DNA from: an uncultured Chloroflexia bacterium
GTDB taxonomy: Bacteria; Chloroflexota; Anaerolineae; CG2-30-64-16
DNA: 64,000 bases
Assembly: GCA_963810095.1 (NCBI GenBank)
Contig: CAWEMM010000007.1
Span: forward strand, 544,001 to 608,000
Direction: 5' to 3'
A program made the translations under genes and the position numbers. Of this stretch, positions 40,582 through 51,943 are shown one piece after another. How positions within the stretch are numbered: the stretch's first letter is position 1; each line of letters begins with the position of its first letter. A model generated the notes under the pieces. It saw only the letters and a list, made by a program, of their open reading frames with translations, was not told the DNA's origin and did not search any database.

Positions 40582-43413
40582 TTGGCTGCGAGCCTTGAAC
40601 CCCTACGCCTGCTGCGCACCAAGCTCTATCGCCCGCGCCCCACGAGCGGCTTGATCGCTCGCCCGCGCGCCCTGGAGATCCTCAACCGGCGAATGGACCG
40701 CGCGCTCACGCTGGTGTGCGCCCCGGCCGGATTTGGCAAGACGACCCTCATCAGCGATTGGCTCGAACACTGCGCGGACCCGAGCGCCTGGCTGTCCCTC
40801 GACAAGGGAGACGGCGAGCTCGGCGTCTTCCTGAGTTACTTTGTCGCGGCGGCCCGCACCCTGTTCCCCGAGGCTTGCGCGAATACCCATGCACTCCTGC
40901 GCGCACCTGCGCTGCCTCCGTTCGGCCATCTTGCGACCGCGCTCGTCAACGATCTCGACGAAATGGCGGACAACCTCGCGCCCGATGAGCGGTTCATCTT
41001 CGTTCTCGACGACTACCACCTGGTCAGCAATTCGGCCGTGGATGCCCTGTTGACAGAGCTTTTGCGTCACCTCTCCCGCAGCCTCCACCTGGTCATCAGC
41101 ACCCGTCGTGATCCCCCGTTTCCCGTTCACACCCTGCGCGCACAAGGGCAGTTGACGGAGATCCGCATCGCCGAGCTCCGTTTTACAGCGGAAGAGGTGG
41201 GCCTCTTCATGCAGGCCGCGTCAGACACGCCGTTCGACGCGGAGGTGATCGGGTCCCTGGTCGACCTGACTGAGGGTTGGAGTGCCGGGCTGCGCCTGGC
41301 CGCGCTGGCGCTCAACGTGGGCGGCGACGTTGCCGGTTCGTTGACTTCGTCCGGGTTCGATAACCAGTATGCCATGGGCTACCTGCTGAACGAAGTGCTC
41401 TCGCACGTGTCCCTGCCTGCTCAGGAGTTCCTCCTCGCCACTTCCATCCTCGACCGGCTCTGCGAGCCCTTGTGTGATGCCGTGGTCGGCGCGACCGACA
41501 TGCCCCGGACGGGCGACGCGTCCCTCGAAGCGTTTGTTGCAAACAACCTCTTCACCTTCTCACTCGACGAGCAAGGCGTCTGGTATCGCTACCACCACCT
41601 GTTTCAGAAGATGCTGCGCAACCAGCTTATGCGGCGCCGCAAGCCCGACGAGATTGCCGGGCTCCACCGCCGCGCGAGCCACTGGTTAGCGCAAAACGGC
41701 GATATAGACGAGGCCATCGAACACGCCCTGGCCGGCGGCGACGAGATGGCGGCCGTCCGCCTGGTCGAGGCGAACCGGCACAAGGCCATCAACCACGAAA
41801 ACTGGCGCCAACTCGAGCGGTGGCTGAGCCTCATGCCGCGGTCGCTGGTCGAGCGGCGCCTCGAGCTGCTGCTGATGCAGGCCTGGCTGCTTACGACCCA
41901 GTGGCGCATCACAGACCTGCCGCCCCTCTTGCAGCGCATGGAGCAGATGATCGCGTCAGGGGACAGTGCGCTGACCGGCGGCGAGGCCGCATTGGGAGAA
42001 GCCCAAGCACGGGAGTTGAAGGGCGAGGTCGACGCGCTGCGCGCCGTCCTCTTATTCTACGTGTTTGACGCCGAGCGGGCCATCGCCTCTGCCCGGCGGG
42101 CGCTGCAAGCCGTCCCGCTCCGCAACTCGGGCGTGCGCGGCGTCGCATGGTTGTACTTGGCGGGCGGTCTTCATCTCGCCGGGCAGACGGAAGCCGCCTA
42201 CGAAGCAATTCTCGAGGGACTCCAGGAAGACCGGCTGCATCGCAATTCCTTTGCCACCCGGGTGTATATGGCATTCTGCATCGTGCGGTGGTTGGAGGCC
42301 GACGTGCAGGGCATGTTGACCGGCGCAAACCAGATGCTGCTGACCGCCCGCGAGCGCGACCTCCCGGAGGCAGTCGGCTGGGCCCACTACTTCCGGGGCT
42401 GCGCACTCTACCACATGAATGACCTGGACGGGGCCGAGGAAGCATTTGTATCGGCCGAGCGGCTCCGCTATCTCACCAATGGGAACCCCTACTCACAGAG
42501 CGCGTTCGGGTTGGCTCGTGTCCTGGCGGCCCGGGGGAAGATCGACGAGGCGCGGGCCCTGATCGAATCGGTGGCGGGATACGCGCTGGAGATTGGCAAC
42601 CCGCGCATCATTGCGGATGCGGACGCGGCTCGGGCGTGGGCAGCGCAGCAAGCGGGCGCCGACGCGCAGGCCCTGCGCTGGGCGCTCGCCTATGATCTGA
42701 ATGCGCCCCCGGTCCCGCTAACCACGTTCACTTCAGCGCAGGCGCTGCTGGCGCGAGTCCTGGTTTCCGCGTCGACGGCGCCCGCGATCGACAAAGCCGC
42801 GCACGCGCTGTCGCGCCTGCGCGAGCTTGCCGTCCAGACACACAGCAGGCAGTACCTGGTCGAGGTGCTTGCGTTGCAAGCAGTGTTTGACGCCGCGCAG
42901 GGCAACTATGCTTCTGCGCTGGAAGCGCTGCGGCAGGGTGTCAAGCTCGCAGAACCGGGCGGGCTTGTGCGCCTGTTTGTCGAGCTGGGCCCGGCCATGG
43001 CCGGCCTGCTCCAACAGCTCGCGGCGGGTCCCGCGCCAGCGCCTTTTCTCCAGAAGCTCGTGGCCGCCTGCGCGGACGAGGCCCAAGCGCGGCGTGAGGC
43101 GGCGCCATCCACTGCCCCCGCCGAGCAGGCGGGCGGACTGACAGAATCTCTCGCGCAGCGAGAGCCCCTCGCGCAGCGAGAGTCCCTTTCGCCGCGCGAA
43201 CTAGATGTGCTGGTGCTGCTGGCGCAGCGTATGGTGGATAAGGAAATTGCCCGTGAGCTGAGCATTTCGCCGATGACGGTCAAGCGGCACGCGTCCAACA
43301 TTTACCGCAAGTTGGGCGTCTCGAATCGCAGGGATGCCGTCGTCAGGGGCGCCGCACTTGGCCTGGTGCCGCCGCCGGCAGCCCAGCGCCGCCGCCCCCA
43401 GCGGCCCCAGTGA
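40582..43413 (+). CDS. MalT-like STAND ATPase/TPR/LuxR-HTH transcriptional regulator
   Basis: LLRTKLYRP, APAGFGKTT, VLDDYH, TEGWSAGL, YRYHHLF, LSPRELDVL...TVKRHASNIYRKLGV. Confidence 0.95.
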   Translation: MAASLEPLRLLRTKLYRPRPTSGLIARPRALEILNRRMDRALTLVCAPAGFGKTTLISDWLEHCADPSAWLSLDKGDGELGVFLSYFVAAARTLFPEACANTHALLRAPALPPFGHLATALVNDLDEMADNLAPDERFIFVLDDYHLVSNSAVDALLTELLRHLSRSLHLVISTRRDPPFPVHTLRAQGQLTEIRIAELRFTAEEVGLFMQAASDTPFDAEVIGSLVDLTEGWSAGLRLAALALNVGGDVAGSLTSSGFDNQYAMGYLLNEVLSHVSLPAQEFLLATSILDRLCEPLCDAVVGATDMPRTGDASLEAFVANNLFTFSLDEQGVWYRYHHLFQKMLRNQLMRRRKPDEIAGLHRRASHWLAQNGDIDEAIEHALAGGDEMAAVRLVEANRHKAINHENWRQLERWLSLMPRSLVERRLELLLMQAWLLTTQWRITDLPPLLQRMEQMIASGDSALTGGEAALGEAQARELKGEVDALRAVLLFYVFDAERAIASARRALQAVPLRNSGVRGVAWLYLAGGLHLAGQTEAAYEAILEGLQEDRLHRNSFATRVYMAFCIVRWLEADVQGMLTGANQMLLTARERDLPEAVGWAHYFRGCALYHMNDLDGAEEAFVSAERLRYLTNGNPYSQSAFGLARVLAARGKIDEARALIESVAGYALEIGNPRIIADADAARAWAAQQAGADAQALRWALAYDLNAPPVPLTTFTSAQALLARVLVSASTAPAIDKAAHALSRLRELAVQTHSRQYLVEVLALQAVFDAAQGNYASALEALRQGVKLAEPGGLVRLFVELGPAMAGLLQQLAAGPAPAPFLQKLVAACADEAQARREAAPSTAPAEQAGGLTESLAQREPLAQRESLSPRELDVLVLLAQRMVDKEIARELSISPMTVKRHASNIYRKLGVSNRRDAVVRGAALGLVPPPAAQRRRPQRPQ

Positions 43414-43519
43414 CGGCAGCCCGATCAGCGGGCTGCCCGCGTTTTTCCCCGCCGGCGCTCCTTGCGGCATAATTGGTGATCATTCCCACACATCCCCCAA
43501 CGGCATCCGGGAGGCTCTT

Positions 43520-44365
43520 ATGGCGCAGAAGCAAACGAAGCCGAAAGAACTCAAGAACATCGGCTACGAGATGTTCATCGGCGCGTTGTCGATCTTGTCG
43601 ATCCTCAACCTCGTGCTGAGCTACACATTCCAGGCCGACCAGAATCTGCAATACGTGGTCCTCATCATGAACGGCTTCTTCATGCCGATCTTCCTCGGCG
43701 ACTTCTTCTACCGGCTCTTCACGGCAAAGCCGAAGTCAGACTACTTCTTCCGGAAATTCGGCTGGGCCGACCTGCTTTCCAGCCTCCCGTTTCCGCAAAC
43801 CAAGATCTTGCGCGTGTTCCGGCTATGGCGGGTGATCCGCCTGGCGCGCAACTTCGGCATTCGCAATCTCGTGCGCGAGTTCGTGGGCAACCGCGCCGGG
43901 AACGCGTTGTTGACGGTCGTCTTCCTCGTCTTCTGCGTGTTGGAGTTCGGCTCGCTCGCGGTTCTGAGCGTGGAAGGGTCTTCGCCTGATGCAAATATCA
44001 CGAACGCGTCGAGTGCGCTGTGGTGGACCTATGTCACCATCACGACGGTAGGGTATGGCGATCGCTATCCCGTGACCAACATGGGGCGTCTCGTCGGCGT
44101 CTTCGTGATGACCGCCGGCGTGGGTCTGTTCGGCACCCTGAGCGGTTTCCTGGCCAACACGTTCCTTTCACCGCCGAAGAAGAAGAAGAAAGAGGAGCCG
44201 GAAGGCGGGCTCCCCGCCGCAACCGACCCTGCAGCCCGCATCGCTGAGCTCCAGCGCATGTTGGAGGCGCAGGAGGAGGCCCAGGTGCAGGCCATGAGCG
44301 ATCTGAAGGCGAAGCTCGAGGAGATGGCCCAGCTCTTCATCCCCGGCGACGGAAGCCAGGCCTAG
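43520..44365 (+). CDS. voltage-gated-type potassium channel
   Basis: S4-like KILRVFRLWRVIRLAR; filter TITTVGYGD; C-terminal coiled coil. Confidence 0.9.
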   Translation: MAQKQTKPKELKNIGYEMFIGALSILSILNLVLSYTFQADQNLQYVVLIMNGFFMPIFLGDFFYRLFTAKPKSDYFFRKFGWADLLSSLPFPQTKILRVFRLWRVIRLARNFGIRNLVREFVGNRAGNALLTVVFLVFCVLEFGSLAVLSVEGSSPDANITNASSALWWTYVTITTVGYGDRYPVTNMGRLVGVFVMTAGVGLFGTLSGFLANTFLSPPKKKKKEEPEGGLPAATDPAARIAELQRMLEAQEEAQVQAMSDLKAKLEEMAQLFIPGDGSQA

Positions 44366-44383
44366 GTATCTACCCGAGAAATG

Positions 44384-44452
44384 GCTGGGGCCGGTCTCTG
44401 ACCGTGCCCCACCTGGCCCGGGCGGCAGCCAGGCCGGCGAACGAGACCGGCC
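44384..44452. repeat. dispersed REP-like element, copy 1
   Basis: GCTGGGGCCGGTCTCTGACCGTGCCCC identical to 53097-53123; ends GAGACCGGCC. Confidence 0.75.
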
Positions 44453-44601
44453 AAAGCATTTTCGGATAGATTCTACGTGCAACCACAGTGAATCTGGTGA
44501 GCCACGACGCTCGGCGCCCTTCGACTGCGGGCGCTCCTGCGCACCGTCCTCCGCTCAGGACGCCTGCACTTCGAGTCCTGACCGCGCATCGGTCCCGGCT
44601 G

Positions 44602-46104
44602 CTAGCCCACCAACACCGGCTCCTCCGGATACTTGACCAGGCTCTCGCTCGTCCGTCGCTTCAGCAGCACGATCACGATCGTGATTGCACCCAGCCGGCC
44701 CCAGAACATGAGCGCGATAATGACCAGCCGGCCGAAGGTGTCGAGTTCGCCCGTCACCCCCAGGCTTAAGCCCGTGGTCGAGAACGCGGAGACGGTCTCA
44801 AACAGCGCCTGGCTGAGGCTCAGATTCTGCGTGAGCAGCAGCAGCCACGTGCCAATCATCACGACGGCCAGGCTCATCAGGAGCACCGCCACGGCCCGCC
44901 AGACCATCGCCAGCGCTATCGCGTGATGGCCCGCCCGCACCCGATCGTAGCCGCGGCCCAGGCTCCACAGCGCCAAGACCAGCACCGAGATCGTCCCGGT
45001 GGTGATGCCGCCGCCCATCGACGCGGGTGCGCTGCCGATAAACATCAGGCAGATCAGCAGCAGGCGGCTGGCCTCGTGGATGTTGTTGAAGTCATTCAAG
45101 CCGGAGAACCCCGCCGTGCGTGCGCTGACTGACTGGAACCAAGCGCGCAGCACGCGCTCGCCGAATGCCTGACCCGAGAAGACGCCCGTTGCCCGGTATT
45201 CGCTGATCAGCAGCCCGGCCCACCCGGCCAGGATCAGGATGAGGGCCGACCACAGGGCGAGCCGCGTCTGCAGGCTCAGGGGCTGGCGGTGGCCCTGGCG
45301 CCTGCGCCTCGAGATTCGCCAGCGCTGCAAGAACTCCATGTAGACCGGGATGCCCAGGCCGCCGATGACGACCAGCCATCCCAGCGTCAGGAATGTGACC
45401 GGGTCGGCCGGGACGCCGTTCGGATACCCCGTCGTTCCGGAGAACAGGTCGAACCCGGCATTACAGAACGCGGCCACTGCGTGAAAGAGCCCGTAGAAGG
45501 GCGCTTCGCGTGCCGCCACCTGCCCGCTCAGGCTCCAATAGCCCCATAGGATCGCAGCCCCAAGCCCTTCAACCGCCAGCATCAGCGCCACGGCGCGACC
45601 GAGGACCTGCAAGACCTCCCGGGTGTTCGCAAGGCCGAGCGACGAACTCACCGTCAGGCGGTCGACGAGCGACACGCGTCTGCCCAACAACCGCACGGTC
45701 AGGATCACGACCACGAGGAAGCCAAGCCCACCGAGCTGCATCAGCAGCAAGATCACCCACTGGCCCAGCCGGGTGAACCGGGCGCCCGTTGCTACCACGC
45801 CAAGGCCGGTCACGGCGGCCGCGGAGGCGGCCGTGAACAGCGCATCCATGAATGTGATCGGCTCGGTGGTCATCGGGGGCAGCAATAACAGCGCGGTGCC
45901 GGCGGCGATCAGCCCCGCCAGGGCAATCACCAGGCGGAGCGGAACGGGCATGCGCCGCTTTCTGCGCAGGTCGAGGCTTCGTTCGATCAGGTCGCCGCCA
46001 AAGACGGACGGGATCGCAGGGGAGCCGGTTCGCGCCATCGGGCCGCTCGGCGCCTTCGCAGGGGCCGGACCCAAGCCGGGCTCGGGCTCGGCGCTCGGGC
46101 TCAC
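44602..46104 (-). CDS. ktrB: Ktr/Trk K+ uptake membrane subunit (KtrB/TrkH)
   Basis: Four pore loops: AVTGLG, FCNAGF, RTAGFS, STTGLS; PASMGGG. Confidence 0.9.
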   Translation of the reverse strand: MSPSAEPEPGLGPAPAKAPSGPMARTGSPAIPSVFGGDLIERSLDLRRKRRMPVPLRLVIALAGLIAAGTALLLLPPMTTEPITFMDALFTAASAAAVTGLGVVATGARFTRLGQWVILLLMQLGGLGFLVVVILTVRLLGRRVSLVDRLTVSSSLGLANTREVLQVLGRAVALMLAVEGLGAAILWGYWSLSGQVAAREAPFYGLFHAVAAFCNAGFDLFSGTTGYPNGVPADPVTFLTLGWLVVIGGLGIPVYMEFLQRWRISRRRRQGHRQPLSLQTRLALWSALILILAGWAGLLISEYRATGVFSGQAFGERVLRAWFQSVSARTAGFSGLNDFNNIHEASRLLLICLMFIGSAPASMGGGITTGTISVLVLALWSLGRGYDRVRAGHHAIALAMVWRAVAVLLMSLAVVMIGTWLLLLTQNLSLSQALFETVSAFSTTGLSLGVTGELDTFGRLVIIALMFWGRLGAITIVIVLLKRRTSESLVKYPEEPVLVG

Positions 46105-46775
46105 GCCACCATCCGGAGCAACTCGTCACGCGGGCCGACCGCGAACACCGTGTCGTCGGGCTGCAGCCGGGTGTCGGACCCCGGGCATGGAATCAGCGTG
46201 GCGCCGCGTTGGACGAGCAGGATCGTGATGCCGGCGCGCGTGAAGGCGGTGGCAGGCTGCCCGATCAACCCAGGCGGCGCCTTGAACTCCACCACGCTGT
46301 GGTCCGCATCGAGCGCGACCCGTTCGAGCAGCTGCGGTGCGGCCAGCACCTCGGCAAGACGGATGCCGCTGTCCTCGTCTGGCACGATCACCTGGTCTGC
46401 GCCGACGCGCATCAGGATATCCCGGTGCCGCCGCGTCTTCCCGAGGCAAATGATCCGGGGAATGTCCAGCCCCTTGAGATGCGCGGTGATCAGCGCACTC
46501 GCTTCAAAGTCGTTCGCAATTGCGACGATCACTGTGCCGAAGGACCGGATGTCGACCTCATCGAGCGCATCCTCCATCGTCGCATCCAGGGCCGCCGCCG
46601 ACGTCACCTCGTCAGCGAAGTCCTGGACGCGCGCAATGTCGATGTCCACGCCCAGCACGAGGTGGCCCATCGCCTCGAGCCGCCGTGCCAGGCTGCCCCC
46701 GAACGAGCCCAGCCCGATCACCGCGAATTCTTTGGCCGCCGGCCGCCGGTCATTCCCGCGTGCCCTCGCGCTCAT
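46101..46775 (-). CDS. ktrA: Ktr/Trk NAD-binding RCK subunit (KtrA/TrkA)
   Basis: FAVIGLGSFG, DAT, GADQVIVP; overlaps the ktrB start. Confidence 0.9.
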   Translation of the reverse strand: MSARARGNDRRPAAKEFAVIGLGSFGGSLARRLEAMGHLVLGVDIDIARVQDFADEVTSAAALDATMEDALDEVDIRSFGTVIVAIANDFEASALITAHLKGLDIPRIICLGKTRRHRDILMRVGADQVIVPDEDSGIRLAEVLAAPQLLERVALDADHSVVEFKAPPGLIGQPATAFTRAGITILLVQRGATLIPCPGSDTRLQPDDTVFAVGPRDELLRMVA

Positions 46776-46886
46776 CTCGACTCCCCCGGTTCACCGCATC
46801 GTGTCGCTGACGCTCGCTTCGGAGTGCGGCCCACCGGCAGCCCTGCTGCCCAACGTCGAACTCCGGCAGGCGCTTGAGCTGCCTGT

Positions 46887-47567
46887 TCAGCCCTCTGCCA
46901 GCATTAAGCCGTCGGCTTTGCCGCGCAGGTTCTCGATCAGGATGTACACGCTGATCATCAGGACCCACAGCGGGAACACCAGCGCAACCCAGCTGAAGTG
47001 CGAGAGGCTCAGCAGCAGGACCAGCGCCAGCGTGTATCCCAGAAGCGCCATCCAGCGCGGCGTGACCTTCAAGCGCATAAACAGCGTGCAGCTCGATATC
47101 ATGAAGACGCCGGCCATTCGCATCGCGTACGTGTTCAACACGATGTAGGTCATGGCCCGGCCCAGCGAGTAACCGCCGCTCTCCAGAAGCTGCTGCGGGC
47201 GGTCGCCGTATGCGATGATGAGCCCACCGGCCAGGGCCGCCGACGAAAACAGCATGGCCAGGAACAAGAGGCCGCTGCCGAGAAACACGGTCGAAAAGAA
47301 TCTGTCTTCCTGCGTGCCCAATCGGTCGCGTACCACGCCCATAAACCATAGAAACGCGATTCCGGCAAACGGCACGAGATTCAACGCCAGCGTCACGCGG
47401 CCCGTGCCACTGACCAACCATTCACCTGCATCTCTCGGGTCGGCGGGGATGGAAAGCCGGATCAGGATCAGGCTGGCCAGCAGCAACAACGAGAACAACA
47501 CGCCTGCGACGGCGGCGGCGCGCGGCGTTGTCAATCGTGCGCGGTCAAAGGCCGGTTCGTGAGTCAT
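46887..47567 (-). CDS. hypothetical membrane protein
   Basis: LTTPRAAAVAGVLF, PFAGIAFLWFMGVVRD; several TM helices. Confidence 0.75.
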   Translation of the reverse strand: MTHEPAFDRARLTTPRAAAVAGVLFSLLLLASLILIRLSIPADPRDAGEWLVSGTGRVTLALNLVPFAGIAFLWFMGVVRDRLGTQEDRFFSTVFLGSGLLFLAMLFSSAALAGGLIIAYGDRPQQLLESGGYSLGRAMTYIVLNTYAMRMAGVFMISSCTLFMRLKVTPRWMALLGYTLALVLLLSLSHFSWVALVFPLWVLMISVYILIENLRGKADGLMLAEG

Positions 47568-47721
47568 CCTGGTCCTCCGGTCATCGGTTACGGGTGAACG
47601 TCACGGGGCGTCTGCCAGGCACCGCGCGAGACCCTGCAGGCCAAACCTGCAGCTCCGCGGTGCCTGGCAATCCCTACTTTTCCGCCCATTCGTGGGCTAC
47701 AGCCGGCGCACCGCCGGGCGA

Positions 47722-49041
47722 TCAGGGCCTCGGTTGGACCTCCATAACGCGCCACGCGATCCAGTCCAAGGGCACCTTGCGGACGTAGGTGCGGACACTG
47801 CCCATGATGTGGCGCGGGTCGCCCAGGAAGTCGAGCGGCACCCGTACCACGAAGCTGTTTGCCGAACGCTTCAGTTCCACCGGCGGCTTGACGAGCCGCT
47901 TGGACTGATCCATTACGACGGACGTGTTTTCGCTCAGCCGCACCTGGATCTTCGGCATCTGCGCGAACGGCCGGTCGGGGCGATAGCCGAAGAGGTAGAT
48001 GGCGGCGCCGACTTCGTTACCCAGGGGCCGCGAGAAGTCCACGGCTACGTACACGTATTCGCCTTCCTGCCATACCGCCCGGCGCTCCACACCTACCCAC
48101 TTCGCGCGTTCGGCATTGGTCAGCTGCGGGGCGATGGCCTCGGGGTTGATCCTCGCCTTCGCAAGGATGTCCGCCGCTTTGCCGAACTCCAGGGCGCGCT
48201 GCGAGAGGTCGCCAAACAGCTCGTTGGCGCGCATGAACGAGCTCAGGTACGCGGCGCTCATCCGCACCTGCGTCGCATGCTTCTGCAGCGCTTCGGCCTT
48301 CTTCTCGACCTGTGCGCGCGTCAGGTGGTTCATCGTCCAGGTCCCCTCGCCCTGGAGCCGCTCGGGTGGGACCAGCCGGCCGCCGAAGTCGATGCCCGGG
48401 TTTGGGAAGGCGGGGTGGTGCACCAGGAAGGGGAACAACTCGGGCTGGGTCTCCAATGCCCCCTCGGCCGCCAGGTCCCACAACGCGACCCGCGCAAACA
48501 GGTAGAGCGACACATGATCGGGGTTATGGTCGCCCGGATGCGACACGAAGAGCTTGGTCGGCTTGAATTCCCGCAGCACCTGCTTGACATCCGCGAGAAT
48601 CTCGTCCGCCCGGTAAGGCGTGCCTGGGCGCAGCGCGTTCGCATAGGGCACAACCGTGGTGCGGGTGAACATGCTCTCGCAGGGCTCACAGTCGCCCCAG
48701 TGCTCGGACCAGATCACGAGCGTCCGAAAGTCGGGGTAGCCGAGGAAGGTCAGGTGGTCCGGTGCCAGGCCGAGGACGCCGGTCGCAGCCACGCCTTCGT
48801 CGTGTCGCACGAGGCCCATCTCCTGCGCACTCTGGCCTTTGACGATGGGGCGGCGGCGGTAGACCATGAAGGCGGTCTCTGCGTTGTCGCCGTAGGTCAG
48901 CCAAACGACCCGGATGGGCAGGCCCATGGCCACGGCCTTCTGGATCACGCCGCCCGTCGCGATGGTTTCGTCGTCGGGATGTGGTGCGAGGATCAGGATC
49001 CGGTCATTCGGATCGAGGTTGAGATCGTGAAAGGCAACCAT
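47722..49041 (-). CDS. PIG-L/LmbE family deacetylase
   Basis: AAGGAG RBS; LAPHPDDE, LTYGD, FLGYPD, DHNPDH. Confidence 0.85.
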   Translation of the reverse strand: MVAFHDLNLDPNDRILILAPHPDDETIATGGVIQKAVAMGLPIRVVWLTYGDNAETAFMVYRRRPIVKGQSAQEMGLVRHDEGVAATGVLGLAPDHLTFLGYPDFRTLVIWSEHWGDCEPCESMFTRTTVVPYANALRPGTPYRADEILADVKQVLREFKPTKLFVSHPGDHNPDHVSLYLFARVALWDLAAEGALETQPELFPFLVHHPAFPNPGIDFGGRLVPPERLQGEGTWTMNHLTRAQVEKKAEALQKHATQVRMSAAYLSSFMRANELFGDLSQRALEFGKAADILAKARINPEAIAPQLTNAERAKWVGVERRAVWQEGEYVYVAVDFSRPLGNEVGAAIYLFGYRPDRPFAQMPKIQVRLSENTSVVMDQSKRLVKPPVELKRSANSFVVRVPLDFLGDPRHIMGSVRTYVRKVPLDWIAWRVMEVQPRP

Positions 49042-49300
49042 CGAATCTGTTACTCCTTGACTTCGCCCGGCGATCGGGGCCACTGGCGCGGGCGACAATG
49101 GGTGAGACCGGCCTTCTTTCGACTTCACGACGGGTGTTGGGCCCCATGCCTGGACGCTAGGTATGCTGCTGCGCGCACCGATCTGCCTGGCAATTGGCGG
49201 CTGGATCAACAGCGGCAGAATCGCCGCAGCAGGTATTGACATAACGGGCGGGCCTGCGACCAGGTGGACGCCGTCTGGCGCCACCTGGCCGCCCCCCCCG

Positions 49301-51689
49301 CTACTGGCGCGCCATCGCGATGCGGAAACGCTCTTCCGGATCGATGAAGTGGTCGTGGTCATCCACGCCCACGTCCAACTGCACCCAGTGGATCTTGCCG
49401 TTGAACTTGCTCGTGTGCGTGGTGTACTTGGGCGAGACGGGCGTGCCGGCCTCGTAGCCGATGTCCAGGGTCTCGTCGGCGGAGAAGATCATGGCCTGGG
49501 TGGCCGCCACCCGGCCCTCCGCAACCTTGTTGCCGTCATAGTAGAGCGTCACGGCGCCGCCTTTGCCCAGGCCGCCGCCATCGTAGGCGAACTCCATGCG
49601 CACCTGGTGCTGGCCCGGCGTGATGGGCATGGTGGCCTCGACCGGGAAGTGCTTGATCCCCAGCACGTTGTACTCGAAGCTGAGGCAGCCCTGGTCGAAG
49701 AAGAGGGTCCAGCCACCAAAGCGCCCGCCCTGGGCCACCAGGACGCCATTGGCGGACTTGCTGCCCACCTCGATCTCCGCGGTCGCGGAGAACGACTTGT
49801 TCTTGACGTTCAGCACGCTGAGTTCAGACAGGCGGCCCATGCCTGGGAAGAAGAGTTGCGTGTTGCCGTGGATCAGTGTGGGCCGGCCCGCCAGCTCGGG
49901 CAGCAGGCGCTCCACCTGGCGGTCGTCCAGGGGAATCGCGTTGTACTTGGTCGCCTCGATCAGCCACAGGCGCTGCAGCTTCAGTAGCCGCTGCAGGTTT
50001 TCGTCGCTCGGGTCCTCCTTTAGGAGGTCGTGCGCCTGGCTCCAGTCCTTGCTGCCGTCGTACAGCTCCCAGATGTCCTCGTCGAAGGCCACCATCTTCT
50101 GCCCGTTCATCACCCAGGGCGTGCGGTGTTTGGTCACCGCGCTCCAGCCCCGGTAGTAGATGCCGCGGTTGCCGAACATCTCGAAGTACTGCAGGTCGTG
50201 CCGCTCGGGCGCCTCGGGCTGGTTGAAGCTGTACAGCATGCTGGTGCCTTCCATCGGCGACTGCTGTACGCCGTTGACCGACACTGGCTCGGGCAGGCCA
50301 GCCGCCTCCAGGACCGTCGGTGCTACGTCGATCACGTGGCTGAACTGCGTCCGCAGCCCGCCCTTCTCCTCGATGCCCTTAGGCCAGTGGACGATCGTGC
50401 CGTTGCGGGTGCCACCCCAATGGGAGGCGACCTGCTTGGTCCACTGCAGGGGCGTATCCATCGCGTGCGCCCAGCCCACTGCGTAGTGGTTGTAGGACGC
50501 GGGCGAGCCGAACTCGTCCATCACCGACGCCATGAACTCGGGCGTTTCGAGCGCCGCCATGCCGTTGAAGTTGGCCATCTCGTTGAACGCGCCGTGCAGC
50601 GTGCCCTCGGCCGATGCGCCGTTGTCCCCGATGATCACGTAGATCAACGTGTCGTCCATGATCCCGAGGCCTTCGATCGCAGAGACGACCCGGCCGACGT
50701 GGTAATCGGTGTGCTCCATGAACCCCGCGTAGACTTCCATTTCACGCTCGAGGATGGGCTTCCATTCCGCGGGCATCTCGTCCCACGCCGGAATCTCCGC
50801 GTGGCGGGCGGTCAGCTCACAATCCTGTGGCACGACGCCGAGCGCCTTCTGGCGGGCGAGCGTTTCCTCGCGCAGCTTGTCCCAGCCCTGGCTGAACTGG
50901 CCCTTGTACTTGTCGGCCCACTCCTTGGGGACGTGATGCGGCGCGTGGGTCGCTCCGGGCGCAAAGTAGACGAAGAACGGCTTGTCGGGCATCAACGCCT
51001 TCTGGGTGTGGATCCAGGAGATCGCGTGGTCGGCCAGGTCCTCGGTCAGGTGGTATCCTTCTTCGGGCGTCGCAGGCGGCTCAACCGCCGTGGTGCCCTC
51101 GAACAGCGCGGGGTCCCACTGGTTGTTCTCGCCGCCAATGAAGCCGTAGAAATACTCGAAGCCGCCGCCGCCCGACGGCCAGTGCTCGAACGGACCCATC
51201 GGGTTGTTCTCCCACACGGGCACCTCGTGGCACTTACCGAACATGGCGGTCGAGTAGCCGTTCAGCTTGAGCGTCATCGCGACAGGGGCCTTGGTGTTGG
51301 TGCGGATGGAGTTCTGGCCGGGCGCGGCGGTGGCCGTCTCGGTGATGTTGCCCATGCCCACCGAGTGGTGGTTGCGACCGGTCATCAGGGCCTGGCGGGT
51401 GGGCGCGCAGAGTGCGCAGGTGTGGAAGCGGTTGTAGCGCAGGCCGGCCGCGGCCAGCCTCTCGAAGGTCGGCGTCTGGCACGGGCCGCCGAACGCGCTC
51501 GGATGCACCAAAGCCGACGTCGTCGAGCAAGACGATCAGGACGTTGGGCGCGCCCGCGGGCGGGCGCAGCGGCTCGATGGGCGGATACTTCGTATCCGGG
51601 TCTTTGGCGTCGTAGGTCGTCAGGCCGAATTTGGGCACTTCCGGAATCGGAAGGTGCGCGCGCAGGTGTTGATCAGGTTGGTTTGCCAT
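49301..51689 (-). CDS. Cys-type arylsulfatase; frameshift near 51510
   Basis: PNVLIVLLDDVGF in ORF 51234-51743; CAPTR sulfatase motif, GKCH, HAPHH, GDNG in ORF 49301-51511. Confidence 0.9.
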
Positions 51690-51834
51690 ACATTTCCTCC
51701 TGGTGTCATGCCCCGGCGCTCCGCTCTCGCCAATTGTGCGCACCGGGGCCTTCGCAACGCCATCTCAAGCGCTGCCCGTTGGGGTCGGGCAGTCTATCGC
51801 TGTCAAGGTACGCCCTTTAGGGCGTGCAGGGAAT

Positions 51835-51862
51835 GCCCAAAAGGGACCACTGTGGATGTAAT
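51835..51862 (-). promoter_or_regulatory. candidate shared regulator-binding motif upstream of the sulfatase
   Basis: GCCCAAAAGGGACCACTGTGGATGTAAT resembles motifs at 53036 and 60515. Confidence 0.35.
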
Positions 51863-51919
51863 GTTGTCAACTGCGCGTTCTGCCCCCCCGGAAATGAACC
51901 AGTATCCAGGCGAGAATCG

Positions 51920-51943
51920 GCTGGGGCCGGTCGGAGACCGGCC
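51920..51943. repeat. truncated copy of the GCTGGGGCCGGTC REP-like element
   Basis: GCTGGGGCCGGTCGGAGACCGGCC. Confidence 0.6.

Noticed and set aside
43150-43185. 18-bp tandem duplication in the MalT-like gene (also 15-bp at 29981-30010 and GAACCC repeats near 6804-6824)
   Set aside because: In-frame slippage in linkers or tails with no sign of phase variation
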